From an uncultured bacterium (GTDB taxonomy: Bacteria > Verrucomicrobiota > Verrucomicrobiia > Verrucomicrobiales > DEV007): DNA of 64,000 bases. The notes under the pieces were generated by a model. That model was not told the DNA's origin. It made no database searches and saw only the letters and a program-made list of their open reading frames with translations. Of this stretch, positions 1-9,360 are shown one piece after another (within the stretch, counting starts at the first letter, position 1; each line of letters starts with the position of its first letter). The DNA lies in contig CAXBMO010000010.1 in assembly GCA_963977015.1 (NCBI GenBank), forward strand, positions 32,001-96,000, given 5' to 3'. The position numbers and the translations under genes are program-made.

Positions 1-1114
1 GTTTTACCGCTTGCGTTCGTTTTTTGATAATGCCGTCCACCCGGAGGGGGGGGCGTCCTTGGGCCACGTGGTTGCCGAAGCCGGCAATCGGCCGCCAAGA
101 AGCTTCATTTACGACCGCGGAAATTACCGTGAGCCTACGGAGGAAGTCGCACCCTGGTTCCCCAAAGTTGCCAATCCCAAATGGCATCGACCTCCGCCTC
201 TGCTTGAGACGATGACGCCAACCAGTACCGGCCGACGGACAGCTCTTGCGGCTTGGCTAACTGCTGATGATAACCCCCTCTTTCTACGGTCGATGGTGAA
301 TCGCATTTGGCAGCATCACTTTCAGCAACCCCTGGCCGGGACTCCCAACGATCTCGGCAGGAATGGAATGGCGCCTTCCCATCCCGAACTCCTTGATTGG
401 CTGGCCATGGAATTGCCAAAACGGCATTGGAGTTTCAAAGAGATGCACCGGCTCATTGTGACCTCCAGCACTTATCGGCAATCGAGCCTTTCCAATGCGG
501 GAGAATGGGAGAAGTCGATGGAAATAGATCCTGGGAATGAGCTTTTTTGGAGGTATCCGCGATGGCAGTTGAGCGGCGAAGCCATTCGGGATTCCGTTTT
601 GGCCATCAGTGGTGATCTCACGGATAAGATTGGAGGAGAAAGTGTTCATCTTCCTCTCCCAATGGAAGTTGAAGTCACACTCCTGAAGAAGCACCGAAGC
701 GAGCCTTCGAGTGACGAAGATCGGCGTCGCAGGAGCATTTATGTCTTCAATCGTCGCAACTTGGGCCACCCAATGTTTGATGTGTATGGACGCCCTGATC
801 GCCAAACGAGTTGTGGGATGCGAACGAACGCGACAACTCCCACGCAAGCTTTGACGCAGCTGAATTCGGATTTGATGCGGCAAGCTTCGAGTCGAATTGC
901 GGAGCAGATTGCAAACGAATTTCAGAACGGAAGTGAAGCGTGGGTGGAGCAAGCATTCCTCCGAATTTTGTCGCGCCCCCCTACCGAGCGAGAAATGCTG
1001 ACATGCCTTGGTTTCTTCACCACGTATGAGCAGCGGACCGGGTCGAATCAGAACCTGTTGACCGATTTCTGCCTGGCGCTTCTCAATTCGAATGCGTTTT
1101 TGTACGTGGAGTAG
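1..1114 (+). CDS. DUF1553 (PSD1) domain protein, 5'-truncated by window edge
   Basis: The frame is open from position 2. It has DUF1553 motifs (RTALAAWL..DNPL, VNRIWQHHF, PSHPELLDWLA, EAIRDSVL, RRSIY, PTQAL) and C-terminal LLNSNAFLYVE. Confidence 0.9.
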   Translation, partial: FYRLRSFFDNAVHPEGGASLGHVVAEAGNRPPRSFIYDRGNYREPTEEVAPWFPKVANPKWHRPPPLLETMTPTSTGRRTALAAWLTADDNPLFLRSMVNRIWQHHFQQPLAGTPNDLGRNGMAPSHPELLDWLAMELPKRHWSFKEMHRLIVTSSTYRQSSLSNAGEWEKSMEIDPGNELFWRYPRWQLSGEAIRDSVLAISGDLTDKIGGESVHLPLPMEVEVTLLKKHRSEPSSDEDRRRRSIYVFNRRNLGHPMFDVYGRPDRQTSCGMRTNATTPTQALTQLNSDLMRQASSRIAEQIANEFQNGSEAWVEQAFLRILSRPPTEREMLTCLGFFTTYEQRTGSNQNLLTDFCLALLNSNAFLYVE

Positions 1115-1189
1115 CTTCGGCGAGTTTGAGCGAATGATTGAGGCGAATTTGTATAGCGTTTGATCTTCGTTTTCGCTAGGCTCACCCCA

Positions 1190-1900
1190 ATGAGAAAGAT
1201 CATTTTCGCGTTATTCCTGATAGTTTCTGAATCGTCATTTGCAGAGGAAGAAATGCCGGTTGTTTTCGAGGACAACTTTCAGAGTGGGATGCAATCCTGG
1301 TTTCCGAGTGACAATGATCGTTGGATAATCACCAAGACGGAAGATCGAGGCAATGTTCTGCATCTGTTGGGCAAAAGTCGCTACCAACCTCCGCATCGAA
1401 GCCCCCACAGCATTGTCCTGCTGAAGGAACAGGTGCTTGGCGATTTTGTGCTGACCGCGAAAGTCAAGACCCTGCAAACGACACGGGGGCATCGCGACAT
1501 GTGTGTGTTCTTCGGCTATCAGGATCCTGCTCATTTTTACTATGTGCACTTGGGCGAAAAACCGGATCCCCACTCAAGCCAGATTTTCATCGTCAATAAC
1601 GCTCCGCGAACCAAGATCACGGAAACGCCGGATGTCGGAGTGGCCTGGAGTGATGGTGACTGGCATGATGTCAAGGTCGTCCGGAGAGCTGCCGAGGGAC
1701 TGATTGAAGTTTACTTTGATGATATGGAAACGCCTCAGAAAGTCGCGCATGATAAAACGTTTCAGTGGGGGATGATCGGATTGGGCTCGTTCGATGACTT
1801 GGGACAATGGGATGATGTTGTGATTCGCGGCGTCAAGGTGAACGAGGGCGCAACGTTGTTCGAAGCGGTGACCAATGAGAAGGACAAGGTCAAATCGTGA
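1190..1900 (+). CDS. Exported concanavalin A-like/DUF1080-like beta-sandwich protein
   Basis: Signal peptide MRKIIFALFL..SFA; FEDNF at the start; WHDVKV and G.IGLGSFDD..WDDVVI motifs. Confidence 0.65.
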   Translation: MRKIIFALFLIVSESSFAEEEMPVVFEDNFQSGMQSWFPSDNDRWIITKTEDRGNVLHLLGKSRYQPPHRSPHSIVLLKEQVLGDFVLTAKVKTLQTTRGHRDMCVFFGYQDPAHFYYVHLGEKPDPHSSQIFIVNNAPRTKITETPDVGVAWSDGDWHDVKVVRRAAEGLIEVYFDDMETPQKVAHDKTFQWGMIGLGSFDDLGQWDDVVIRGVKVNEGATLFEAVTNEKDKVKS

Positions 1901-1995
1901 TGCGCGGATGTTTCGTCGCCCGTGTCGTCTCGGAGAGTTGAGCTGACCGGGAAGTCATCGGTTAATGTCGTATCAACTTGAAAATTCACCCCAAT

Positions 1996-2934
1996 ATGAA
2001 ACTTCAATCCCTGTTGTTCATTTCTCTGATTCTTCTGAATCCTGCGTTTGCGCAGAATGAGGTTCGGACGTGGACCTCTGCGGATGGTCGATCGTTTGAC
2101 GGAACCCTGCGAGAAGTTACCGAGAGAGGCGCCACAATTCGAAGAGTCGATGGACGGCAGTTCACGGTTCCTGCCGCGAGTCTTTCCGCCCAAGACCAAA
2201 CGTTTCTGCGAGAGTTTCTTGAAAACAAAGCCAGGGCGGTGGGCTTTCAAGAAGGGCCGTATGCCGACGCAATTCAGGGAGAGTGGCAGAAGTTCCCGAA
2301 AGAACACCTGGGAATGGTGTTCCAGATTTATGGAACTGAGAAACTGAGGCGGCAGGAGGGAGAGGTCCCGCTCTTTGTTCATCTGCATGGTGCGGGGGCG
2401 CGAGCGGATGATGTTGAGGCCGGGAAGGTCGAAATTGCCGCTCAACGGTTGGTCGCATCAGACTTATATCAGAAGGATCCTTGTCTGCTTCTGGTTCCCT
2501 TGTGTCCGCCCGACGTTTCCTGGGGTCAACAACTGAAGCCGTTGGAGGCCGTCATTGATGATTTGGTCAGGAAACTGCCCATTGATCGAGACCGGATTTA
2601 TCTTTCCGGATATTCGATGGGCGCGCGAGGGATCGGCTCCCTGCTAGAGTCGCGTCCGGCATACTATGCGGCAGCCATGTTTGCGGACGGACAAGCCAAA
2701 CCAGAGTGGGCTGAGACCGTGGAAGCTGCGATATGGCTGTGGTTTTCTGGAGAACGCGATATGGCTGGTGCAGAAGCAACGGCGAATGCGTTTCTAAAGG
2801 CGGAAAAAATGGCTCACTACGAAGGATTTCCGGAGCTAACTCACAACCAAATTCATTGGAAGTTGGCCCACGATGAAGAAGTCTTCGATTGGATGTTTGA
2901 GCGTCGACGTGGAGAAAATAAAAAAGCGGACTAG
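1996..2934 (+). CDS. Exported SHD1-domain alpha/beta hydrolase (predicted peptidase/esterase)
   Basis: Signal peptide; SHD1-like EVRTWTSADGR...LSAQDQ; LHGAG; nucleophile elbow IYLSGYSMG; C-terminal His. Confidence 0.75.
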   Translation: MKLQSLLFISLILLNPAFAQNEVRTWTSADGRSFDGTLREVTERGATIRRVDGRQFTVPAASLSAQDQTFLREFLENKARAVGFQEGPYADAIQGEWQKFPKEHLGMVFQIYGTEKLRRQEGEVPLFVHLHGAGARADDVEAGKVEIAAQRLVASDLYQKDPCLLLVPLCPPDVSWGQQLKPLEAVIDDLVRKLPIDRDRIYLSGYSMGARGIGSLLESRPAYYAAAMFADGQAKPEWAETVEAAIWLWFSGERDMAGAEATANAFLKAEKMAHYEGFPELTHNQIHWKLAHDEEVFDWMFERRRGENKKAD

Positions 2935-3113
2935 CCCGCTTTTCCCACGAACCGCGTCGCGAGGTGCAGGCAAATGGCATTCCTGGAAGGCGCGCGAAGG
3001 ATTTTGGGATGAGCGCTATGCTGACATACCGTGAATCCCGAAATTCGAGCGGAACGCAGCAAGAATGCCATTGGGCAAGCCGCAGCAGCGGGCTCGGCAG
3101 AAATGCGGGCTAG
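2931..3113. mobile_element. MITE-like palindromic element bounded by CTAG
   Basis: 14-bp terminal inverted repeats (CTAGCCCGCTTTTC / GAAATGCGGGCTAG, 1 mismatch) and nested internal inverted repeats at 2973-2982/3063-3072 and 3001-3010/3035-3044. Confidence 0.6.
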
Positions 3114-4078
3114 GAATACGCAGCCAGAAATCCGCATTCCAGGGCGAGCCCTTCGCTCACATTGGTGTTGAGATCGGAGCGCAGGTTTTCGAGGACCGTC
3201 AGACGGTTTAACAATTCCGCCTCCGTGGTTTGCTGAGCTGCATTCTCAACCGCATTGCGGAACTCCGGGAGATCCAAGTGATCGGAATTGCGCTGCAGTC
3301 GCAGGGCGTCTCCATACCAGTCGATCAGAATTTGAATAAAGGTATTGCGACGTTGGAGGTAATCGCTTTCGACCAGTGACTTGTAGTGTTCTTCGCGGCG
3401 TTTGAGCCAATCCCCCTCCGTCGTCTTGGAATACGCTGAGGTTTCGCTTCTCAAATCGGCTTCGTATCGCTTCTTCAGTTCCTCTTTCTCGTTTTTTAAG
3501 ATTGAAGTGAAGGCCTGCATGAAACCGAGGGCGCCGGCGAGGCCTTTTGAGCGATCTGCCTGAAAGTGTTGGGACAGCGCTTCCAACAACATGGTTTCCC
3601 CCTTGCTCCGGATCGGCAATTCATTGGAGTGGAGGGGGATCTTGATGCAACGAGACAGGATCGTCTCGAGCAATTGTTCCGGCTGAGAGGAAACCAGCAA
3701 GAGGAGGGATTGTGGCGGTGGTTCCTCCAGGGTTTTCAGAAAGGCGTTGGCCGCTTCGGGCATCAGCCGTTCCGCATCCAGAATGATACCGACCTTGGTT
3801 TCCGCGCGGGGCGCAGCCAAATGCATCCGTTTTTCCAGAGCGCGCATCGCATCGACCTTAATTCGTCGGGACTTTGACTCCGGCCGAACGATTTGGACGA
3901 AATCACCAGCTGCATCGTCAAGGGTCGTTGCCTCGTGGCCCACCATCCGGAGAAGGCGCAGTGTCATCTCGGTCTTCCCACTGCCTTTGCCGCCTGTGAT
4001 GAGATAGGCGTGAGCCAGCCGACCCTCTTGATGGGATCGCTCGAGGAGTGAAGTGGCGTCGTTAAGAAGAAAAGCCAT
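3110..4078 (-). CDS. holB: DNA polymerase III subunit delta'
   Basis: RLAHAYLITG..GSGKT, AANAFLKTLEEPP and LLETILSRC motifs; overlaps the end of tmk. Confidence 0.92.
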   Translation of the reverse strand: MAFLLNDATSLLERSHQEGRLAHAYLITGGKGSGKTEMTLRLLRMVGHEATTLDDAAGDFVQIVRPESKSRRIKVDAMRALEKRMHLAAPRAETKVGIILDAERLMPEAANAFLKTLEEPPPQSLLLLVSSQPEQLLETILSRCIKIPLHSNELPIRSKGETMLLEALSQHFQADRSKGLAGALGFMQAFTSILKNEKEELKKRYEADLRSETSAYSKTTEGDWLKRREEHYKSLVESDYLQRRNTFIQILIDWYGDALRLQRNSDHLDLPEFRNAVENAAQQTTEAELLNRLTVLENLRSDLNTNVSEGLALECGFLAAYS

Positions 4079-4721
4079 CGAATCGGGAGTTGATGTGTTG
4101 CCAGATTTCCGAGTTGATTGAATCCACGGAGTTGGAGGCGTCGATGACAACAAAGCGCTCCTTTTGTTCGTTGGCTAGTTTGAGGTATCCGTTCCGAACT
4201 CTTTCGTAAAAACTCAGCTGTTCTTTCTCCATGCGGTCAACCTGATCCTGGAAGAGGTCTGCCTGTGTTTGTTGGCGAGCCCGATCCAACGCTGTTTTTG
4301 CATCCATATCCAACAAAATGGTGAGATCCGGCATGCACTCACCAACCGCCAGTGAATTGATGGAACGAATCAGATCCATGTCGAGGCCGCGCCCAATGCC
4401 CTGATAGACAACCGTAGAGTCGAGGAACCTGTCCGCCAGAATGTGCGTTCCGCTCTCCAACCATGGAATCAATACCTCGCGGACCAATTGCGCCCGGCTT
4501 GCGGCAAAGAGCAGTAACTCCGCCTCGGGAACCATGTTCTCGCCTTCCGGCGCAAACTTCAGCAAGTGACGGATGGATTCACTTAGAGGCGTTCCGCCAG
4601 GTTCTCTGGTGAGAGAGCAAGGGAAACCGTTATCCACGATCTGATTGTGAAGGAGTTGGATTTGAGTGGATTTACCACAACCTTCAGAACCTTCAAAGCT
4701 AATAAAAAGTCCACGCGACAT
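4062..4721 (-). CDS. tmk: dTMP kinase
   Basis: FISFEGSEGCGKSTQ, TREPGGT, ELLLFAASRAQ, ADRFLDST.YQG.GRG, PDLTILLD. Confidence 0.97.
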   Translation of the reverse strand: MSRGLFISFEGSEGCGKSTQIQLLHNQIVDNGFPCSLTREPGGTPLSESIRHLLKFAPEGENMVPEAELLLFAASRAQLVREVLIPWLESGTHILADRFLDSTVVYQGIGRGLDMDLIRSINSLAVGECMPDLTILLDMDAKTALDRARQQTQADLFQDQVDRMEKEQLSFYERVRNGYLKLANEQKERFVVIDASNSVDSINSEIWQHINSRFDGFSS

Positions 4722-4937
4722 GCCAAAAATGATTGGATCGATCAAAACCGCAGTTCGTCAAAAACTTAAACCAAAGGATTTTCTTGAATTGTGCGGATTG
4801 ATCGCTGGTCTATGCTCCAAATTCTAGCTCAGAGCTAGGCATTTACTGGAAAGTCCTATCTATCTGCCAAAAGAGCTTGAATTAATAAGCGAACTTTAAA
4901 TAATGGGCCACATTCGTTGGATCCCGACCTAAATGTG

Positions 4938-6065
4938 ATGAACACTCCCCACAAACTCCTCACGCTACTCACCGCTGCCACATTCCTGGCGACGGCAAAT
5001 TCCTACGCCATCCTTGGCATCCTCAAAGATGACAAAATGCAGGAAGTGCCCGATTCGGCTGAGTTGGCCAAACAAGAAGCTGCTGCATTAAAAGCCTACG
5101 AAAGTGCCCAAAAAGCGCAGAGCGACGGCAAGCTGGGGAGGGCGAAGGACATTTATGAAGATGTCGTCGAAGACTATCCGCTGACTTCGTTTGCTCCCAA
5201 AGCTCAGTTTGAAATTGGAGCGATTTACGAGAAGGAAGGCCGCGAAGATCGGGCGTTCGATTCCTATCAGGATTTGATCAATCGATACACTGGCAGTGAT
5301 CTCTTTGGGGAAGCGGTCAGACGCCAGTTCGAAATCACCAACCGCTCGATGAACACGAAAACGAGTCGTGTGATAGGTCTGATTCCTTCGAAAGCGCAAC
5401 CTTCACGGGTTATTGAAATGTTTCGTCAGATTGCAGACAATGCTCCCTACAGCAAATATGCGCCTCTCGCGATTTACCAAATTGGCGTGATCAATCGAAA
5501 AATTGGGAAAGAGCCGGAATCCATTTTGGCGTTTGAAGAAGTCGTGGAGAGCTATCCGGATGATCCAAAGGCGAAGGAAGCGAGCCTGCAAATCATTGAA
5601 GTTCGAGGAGACCGTGACACGCGGGATGGACGGCAGTTGGAGCGCTATCAGGATGAAGTCGCTGTCTTCATTGAGAACAACGAAGAGGATCCCAGAAGCG
5701 AGGAATTGCGGGCAGAGCTTGGCAAACTGCAAGACCGGGAGGCTGAGAAAAAGTTCAATATCGGGCGATACTACGAGAAAAAAGGAAATATGAGGGCGGC
5801 TGCGATCTACTATCAGGACGTTCTGTCCGGGACACCGGTTTACGGTGCCGCTCAGGATCGGCTTAAGGTGTTGAGCGCGCAGGATCCCAACGTGGTGTTG
5901 CCACCTCGGGCAACCAAGCAAAAAGTTGTGGCGCCGAGCAATGTGAAAGATCGCCCGGATTACTATGGCCCTCCGCCACCAAAACCGCCAAAGTTGGAAG
6001 CGGCTCCCAAGCCTCAGATGCGGGTTCCGGAAGACGATGTCCTTCCGATTCCGTCAGCATCCTGA
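4938..6065 (+). CDS. bamD: Outer membrane protein assembly factor BamD-like TPR protein
   Basis: Signal peptide, tandem TPR repeats, IGRYYEKKG..RAAAIYY; adjacent to lptE. Confidence 0.75.
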   Translation: MNTPHKLLTLLTAATFLATANSYAILGILKDDKMQEVPDSAELAKQEAAALKAYESAQKAQSDGKLGRAKDIYEDVVEDYPLTSFAPKAQFEIGAIYEKEGREDRAFDSYQDLINRYTGSDLFGEAVRRQFEITNRSMNTKTSRVIGLIPSKAQPSRVIEMFRQIADNAPYSKYAPLAIYQIGVINRKIGKEPESILAFEEVVESYPDDPKAKEASLQIIEVRGDRDTRDGRQLERYQDEVAVFIENNEEDPRSEELRAELGKLQDREAEKKFNIGRYYEKKGNMRAAAIYYQDVLSGTPVYGAAQDRLKVLSAQDPNVVLPPRATKQKVVAPSNVKDRPDYYGPPPPKPPKLEAAPKPQMRVPEDDVLPIPSAS

Positions 6066-6152
6066 CATTGACGCCAGCATTTTTTGACAAAGTGTTGGAA
6101 GCTGCCGCGTTCTCAGCCTAAACAGAGCGACGTCTTTTAGATTCGACTTACC

Positions 6153-6740
6153 ATGAAATCGCGCACGATTCTTCCTTCGTTTCTCAGCTTGGCTGCACTA
6201 TCACTGATTTTGAGTGGTTGTGCAGGCTACCAATTGGGCCCCCAGAAGCCTGTTGAATACGCTGATATCAGCAAGCTTTACGTTCCCACGTTTTCGAACG
6301 AGACCTTGGAACCACGCCTTGCGACGATCGTAACCAACTCGGTGATCAGCTTGTTGCAGCAGGACGGTACCTACGAGATTACGACCAAAGAAAAGGCAGA
6401 CGCGGAATTGACCGGAAGGATTCGGCGCATCGAGAAGCAGCAGCAACGGTCTGCCAACAACCAACTTCTCCGGACTCGGGAACTTCTTCTCCAATTGGAA
6501 GTTGCTTTCGATTTGCAAGACCTTCGGACGGGAGAAAAGATCAAGCGCGCCAACCCTTTTGGGGTTGATGCAGACGATCGGGACATTGTCACCGGGCGAC
6601 GCCGGGCCAGCAACCGGGTTGTCGGAAGCACATCACTGTTCTTGGATCCCAACTTTCAACTTTCGGAACGCGAAGCGCTTCCTCTGGCGGCAGAGGATGC
6701 GGCGGAGCAACTAGTCAGTGCGATTACGGAGGGCTGGTAA
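6153..6740 (+). CDS. lptE: LPS assembly lipoprotein LptE
   Basis: Lipobox LSGC followed by GYQLG; LYVPTFSNET.EP; ADAELTG.I. Confidence 0.8.
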   Translation: MKSRTILPSFLSLAALSLILSGCAGYQLGPQKPVEYADISKLYVPTFSNETLEPRLATIVTNSVISLLQQDGTYEITTKEKADAELTGRIRRIEKQQQRSANNQLLRTRELLLQLEVAFDLQDLRTGEKIKRANPFGVDADDRDIVTGRRRASNRVVGSTSLFLDPNFQLSEREALPLAAEDAAEQLVSAITEGW

Positions 6741-6996
6741 CGTTTTCTGGTCACTCCATTATCGGTTGGAGCCTCGTGCTTGGGAGCGTTTGAAAATGAG
6801 GTCGAGACGCGCTGCTGCGAGTGATTTTGTCGACTGCGAATTGGCCGGGGCGGCGATGAGCCTTCTCACAAAGCCCCGCACAGCATTGCCAGTCGGAAAA
6901 AGCGCAGCATCTCAAGATCATGCGAAGCCAATCTTCAAAAACGAGGAACAACTTGCGCGGCCGTCGTCATTTTAAAACGCTGCTTGGTCTTTTTGG

Positions 6997-7746
6997 ATGA
7001 GTGAGGCCCAAGCTGAAGGAGCGGTTCAAGATCTCCCACCTGGCGTCTACATCGTCGCTGGGCCGATTGGTAATTTGGGTGATATCACGATTCGCGCCTT
7101 GGATTGCCTTCGAATGGTTGATCGAATCGCCTGCGAAGATACCCGCCATACTTCGCGCCTCCTGGCGAGATACGACATCAAGAAGCCCTTGTTGAGCCTC
7201 CATGCGCACAATGAGGCGCAGCGGACAGCAGAATTGATCACGAGAGTTCGTGAGGAAGGGGAGAGGATCGCCTATGTCAGTGACGCGGGAACGCCCGGAG
7301 TATCTGATCCGGGGGAACGGTTGGTTCATCGGTGTATTGAGGCTGGTGTTCCCTACGACGTGTTGCCCGGGCCTTCTGCCGTGGTCACGGCCGTGGTTGG
7401 TGCCGGGCTTGGGGCGACCCCGTTTTTCTTTGGTGGCTTTTTACCGACGAAAAAGGGGCAAAGGAGAACACAGCTGCTCGCCGCGTTGGAACGCGATTGT
7501 ACGACAGTCTTCTATGAATCGCCCCACCGGCTGGTCTCCACTCTGGAAATATTGTGCGAGTTGTCACCCGAACGACTGATCACGGTGGCGAGAGAATTGA
7601 CCAAGCGTTTCCAAGAGTATCGGCGCACAACTTCCCAAGAAGCCTTGGCCCACTATCAGGAACGCCCTCCCAAGGGGGAGATTTGTCTGGTGGTTTCTCC
7701 TGAAAAACTGCCGAAATGGCTCAAGCTTGGCGATGTTGAGAGTTGA
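6997..7746 (+). CDS. rsmI: 16S rRNA (cytidine1402-2'-O)-methyltransferase
   Basis: PIGNLGDIT.RA, ACEDTRHT, VSDAGTPGVSDPG, FYESPHR, VARELTK. Confidence 0.96.
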   Translation: MSEAQAEGAVQDLPPGVYIVAGPIGNLGDITIRALDCLRMVDRIACEDTRHTSRLLARYDIKKPLLSLHAHNEAQRTAELITRVREEGERIAYVSDAGTPGVSDPGERLVHRCIEAGVPYDVLPGPSAVVTAVVGAGLGATPFFFGGFLPTKKGQRRTQLLAALERDCTTVFYESPHRLVSTLEILCELSPERLITVARELTKRFQEYRRTTSQEALAHYQERPPKGEICLVVSPEKLPKWLKLGDVES

Positions 7747-7821
7747 CCGGGGCTGCTTCCAATCTCAAAGGTGGAACGTCTCCAGTCCCGCACCTCTCGA
7801 ATTTTCTCCTCCCTGTAAGAA

Positions 7822-8739
7822 ATGCTTTCCTTTTCGACCGTTTGGAATAGTCACCGTCACACTGATGGAGAACGCATGTTGGGAGAGATTCGGACAATGG
7901 GCTTTGAGTCGATCGAGCTGGGGTCGAATCTGAAAATCAGTCAGCTTCCGGGCATTCGGCGCCTCCATCAGCGCAAGCGCATTCGCATCACGGCCCTTCG
8001 GAATTTCTGTCCGAGCCCGATTGAGGCCATCGCGCAACAATATGGGCGTTGTGAGTTCAGTTCGGCGGAAACCAAGGATCGGGAACGAGCCAAACAGCTT
8101 ACCCTGCAAACGATTGACTATGCCAAGGAACTGGATGCGGAATTCGTGATTGTTGATTTGGGGCAAACGGCCATGGATGAATACACCAATCGGCTGGTGA
8201 AGTATGTTCAGCGAAACGAAATCCATTCTCGAGACTATGTCAGGCACAAGCTCGCAGGTGTGAAGCTACGAGAAAAGGTCGGCCGCAAGGATCTTCAGCG
8301 GGCAAAGGAAAGCCTGGATTGGGTCGTTAATTATGCCGCGAAGAAGCAGGTGAAGATCGGGGTGACGATGCGGCGGGCCTATGAATCGCTCCCCAACGAA
8401 AGGGAAATGGTGGAACTGATGAAGGACTACGAAAAGAATCCCTTTGTCGGTTATTGGCACGATTTTGGGAGCGCCCAAGTGAAGGCCAATTTGGGACTCA
8501 TCAATCATCGCCAATGGTTGGAGAAAATGGAGCCCTTTATCATCGGTTGTCATTTGCATGATGTTCAGTGGCCAGACAAAACGCATTGCGTTCCGCTTTC
8601 CGGAATGATCGAGTTTGATGAGTTGATGGACATCATTCCGAGCCGAATCCCGATCGTTTGGGAATTGGATTCATCGCGGCGAAAGGCCGACATCAAACAG
8701 GCCTTGCCGGTTTGGGAGCAAAAATTTGGCATTAAGTAA
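7822..8739 (+). CDS. Sugar phosphate isomerase/epimerase family TIM barrel (some metal ligands substituted)
   Basis: GFESIELG, NFCP, YWHDFG, HLHD, G.IEFD and VWEL pattern. Confidence 0.75.
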   Translation: MLSFSTVWNSHRHTDGERMLGEIRTMGFESIELGSNLKISQLPGIRRLHQRKRIRITALRNFCPSPIEAIAQQYGRCEFSSAETKDRERAKQLTLQTIDYAKELDAEFVIVDLGQTAMDEYTNRLVKYVQRNEIHSRDYVRHKLAGVKLREKVGRKDLQRAKESLDWVVNYAAKKQVKIGVTMRRAYESLPNEREMVELMKDYEKNPFVGYWHDFGSAQVKANLGLINHRQWLEKMEPFIIGCHLHDVQWPDKTHCVPLSGMIEFDELMDIIPSRIPIVWELDSSRRKADIKQALPVWEQKFGIK

Positions 8740-8776
8740 TTAGAGGAATTTCGCAGATACCTTATTTTTACGGCAG

Positions 8777-9298
8777 ATGATTTCGATGATTCAGGACGGG
8801 GTTCAGTTCGTCAAAAAGAACGACCTACCAACCATTTGGGCAGCCTTTGTGAGTCACGACGCCCATCCATTGCTCCAATTCGTCAAGTATGGCGTATGTG
8901 GTGTGATGGCGGTGGTGGTGCACAATGCGATTTTTTACGCTCTCGCCTACACTCGGTTTCCAGCCATTGAGGGAATGACGATTGGTGACCAACCATTATC
9001 CGATGGGTTGAGAGCAAGGAATGTTGTGATCTGCAATTCGGTAGGCTTTGCCTTTGCCAACGTCGTTGCCTATTTGACCAACGTACTTTGGGTCTTTCGG
9101 TCAGGCCGCCATCATCGGGTGCTTGAGTTTGTGCTTTTCACCCTGGTTGCGCTCATTGGATTTGTTGCCGGGCTTGCAGGTGGACCTTTGCTGATCAAGC
9201 TGTTTGGAATATCGACCCACATTGCGCAGTTTCTTTTCGTGTTTACGTCAGTTGTGGTGAATTACCTCAGTCGTAAGTTTCTCATTTTCAAACGGTAA
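8777..9298 (+). CDS. GtrA family membrane protein
   Basis: QFVKYGVCG, N..WVF and VNYLSRKFLIF motifs; four hydrophobic segments. Confidence 0.88.
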   Translation: MISMIQDGVQFVKKNDLPTIWAAFVSHDAHPLLQFVKYGVCGVMAVVVHNAIFYALAYTRFPAIEGMTIGDQPLSDGLRARNVVICNSVGFAFANVVAYLTNVLWVFRSGRHHRVLEFVLFTLVALIGFVAGLAGGPLLIKLFGISTHIAQFLFVFTSVVVNYLSRKFLIFKR

Positions 9299-9360
9299 CA
9301 ATGTTTCCATAAATTGGGTTGATTGTTAGGGTTTCCTGAATATCTAGTGAGTGTACTAGT

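Noticed and set aside
6741-6996. Small ORFs or a second UGA-readthrough gene between lptE and rsmI
   Set aside because: A minus-strand MLRFFRLAMLCGAL-TGA frame has no redox or metal motif and no clear SECIS-like hairpin; there is no support for coding.
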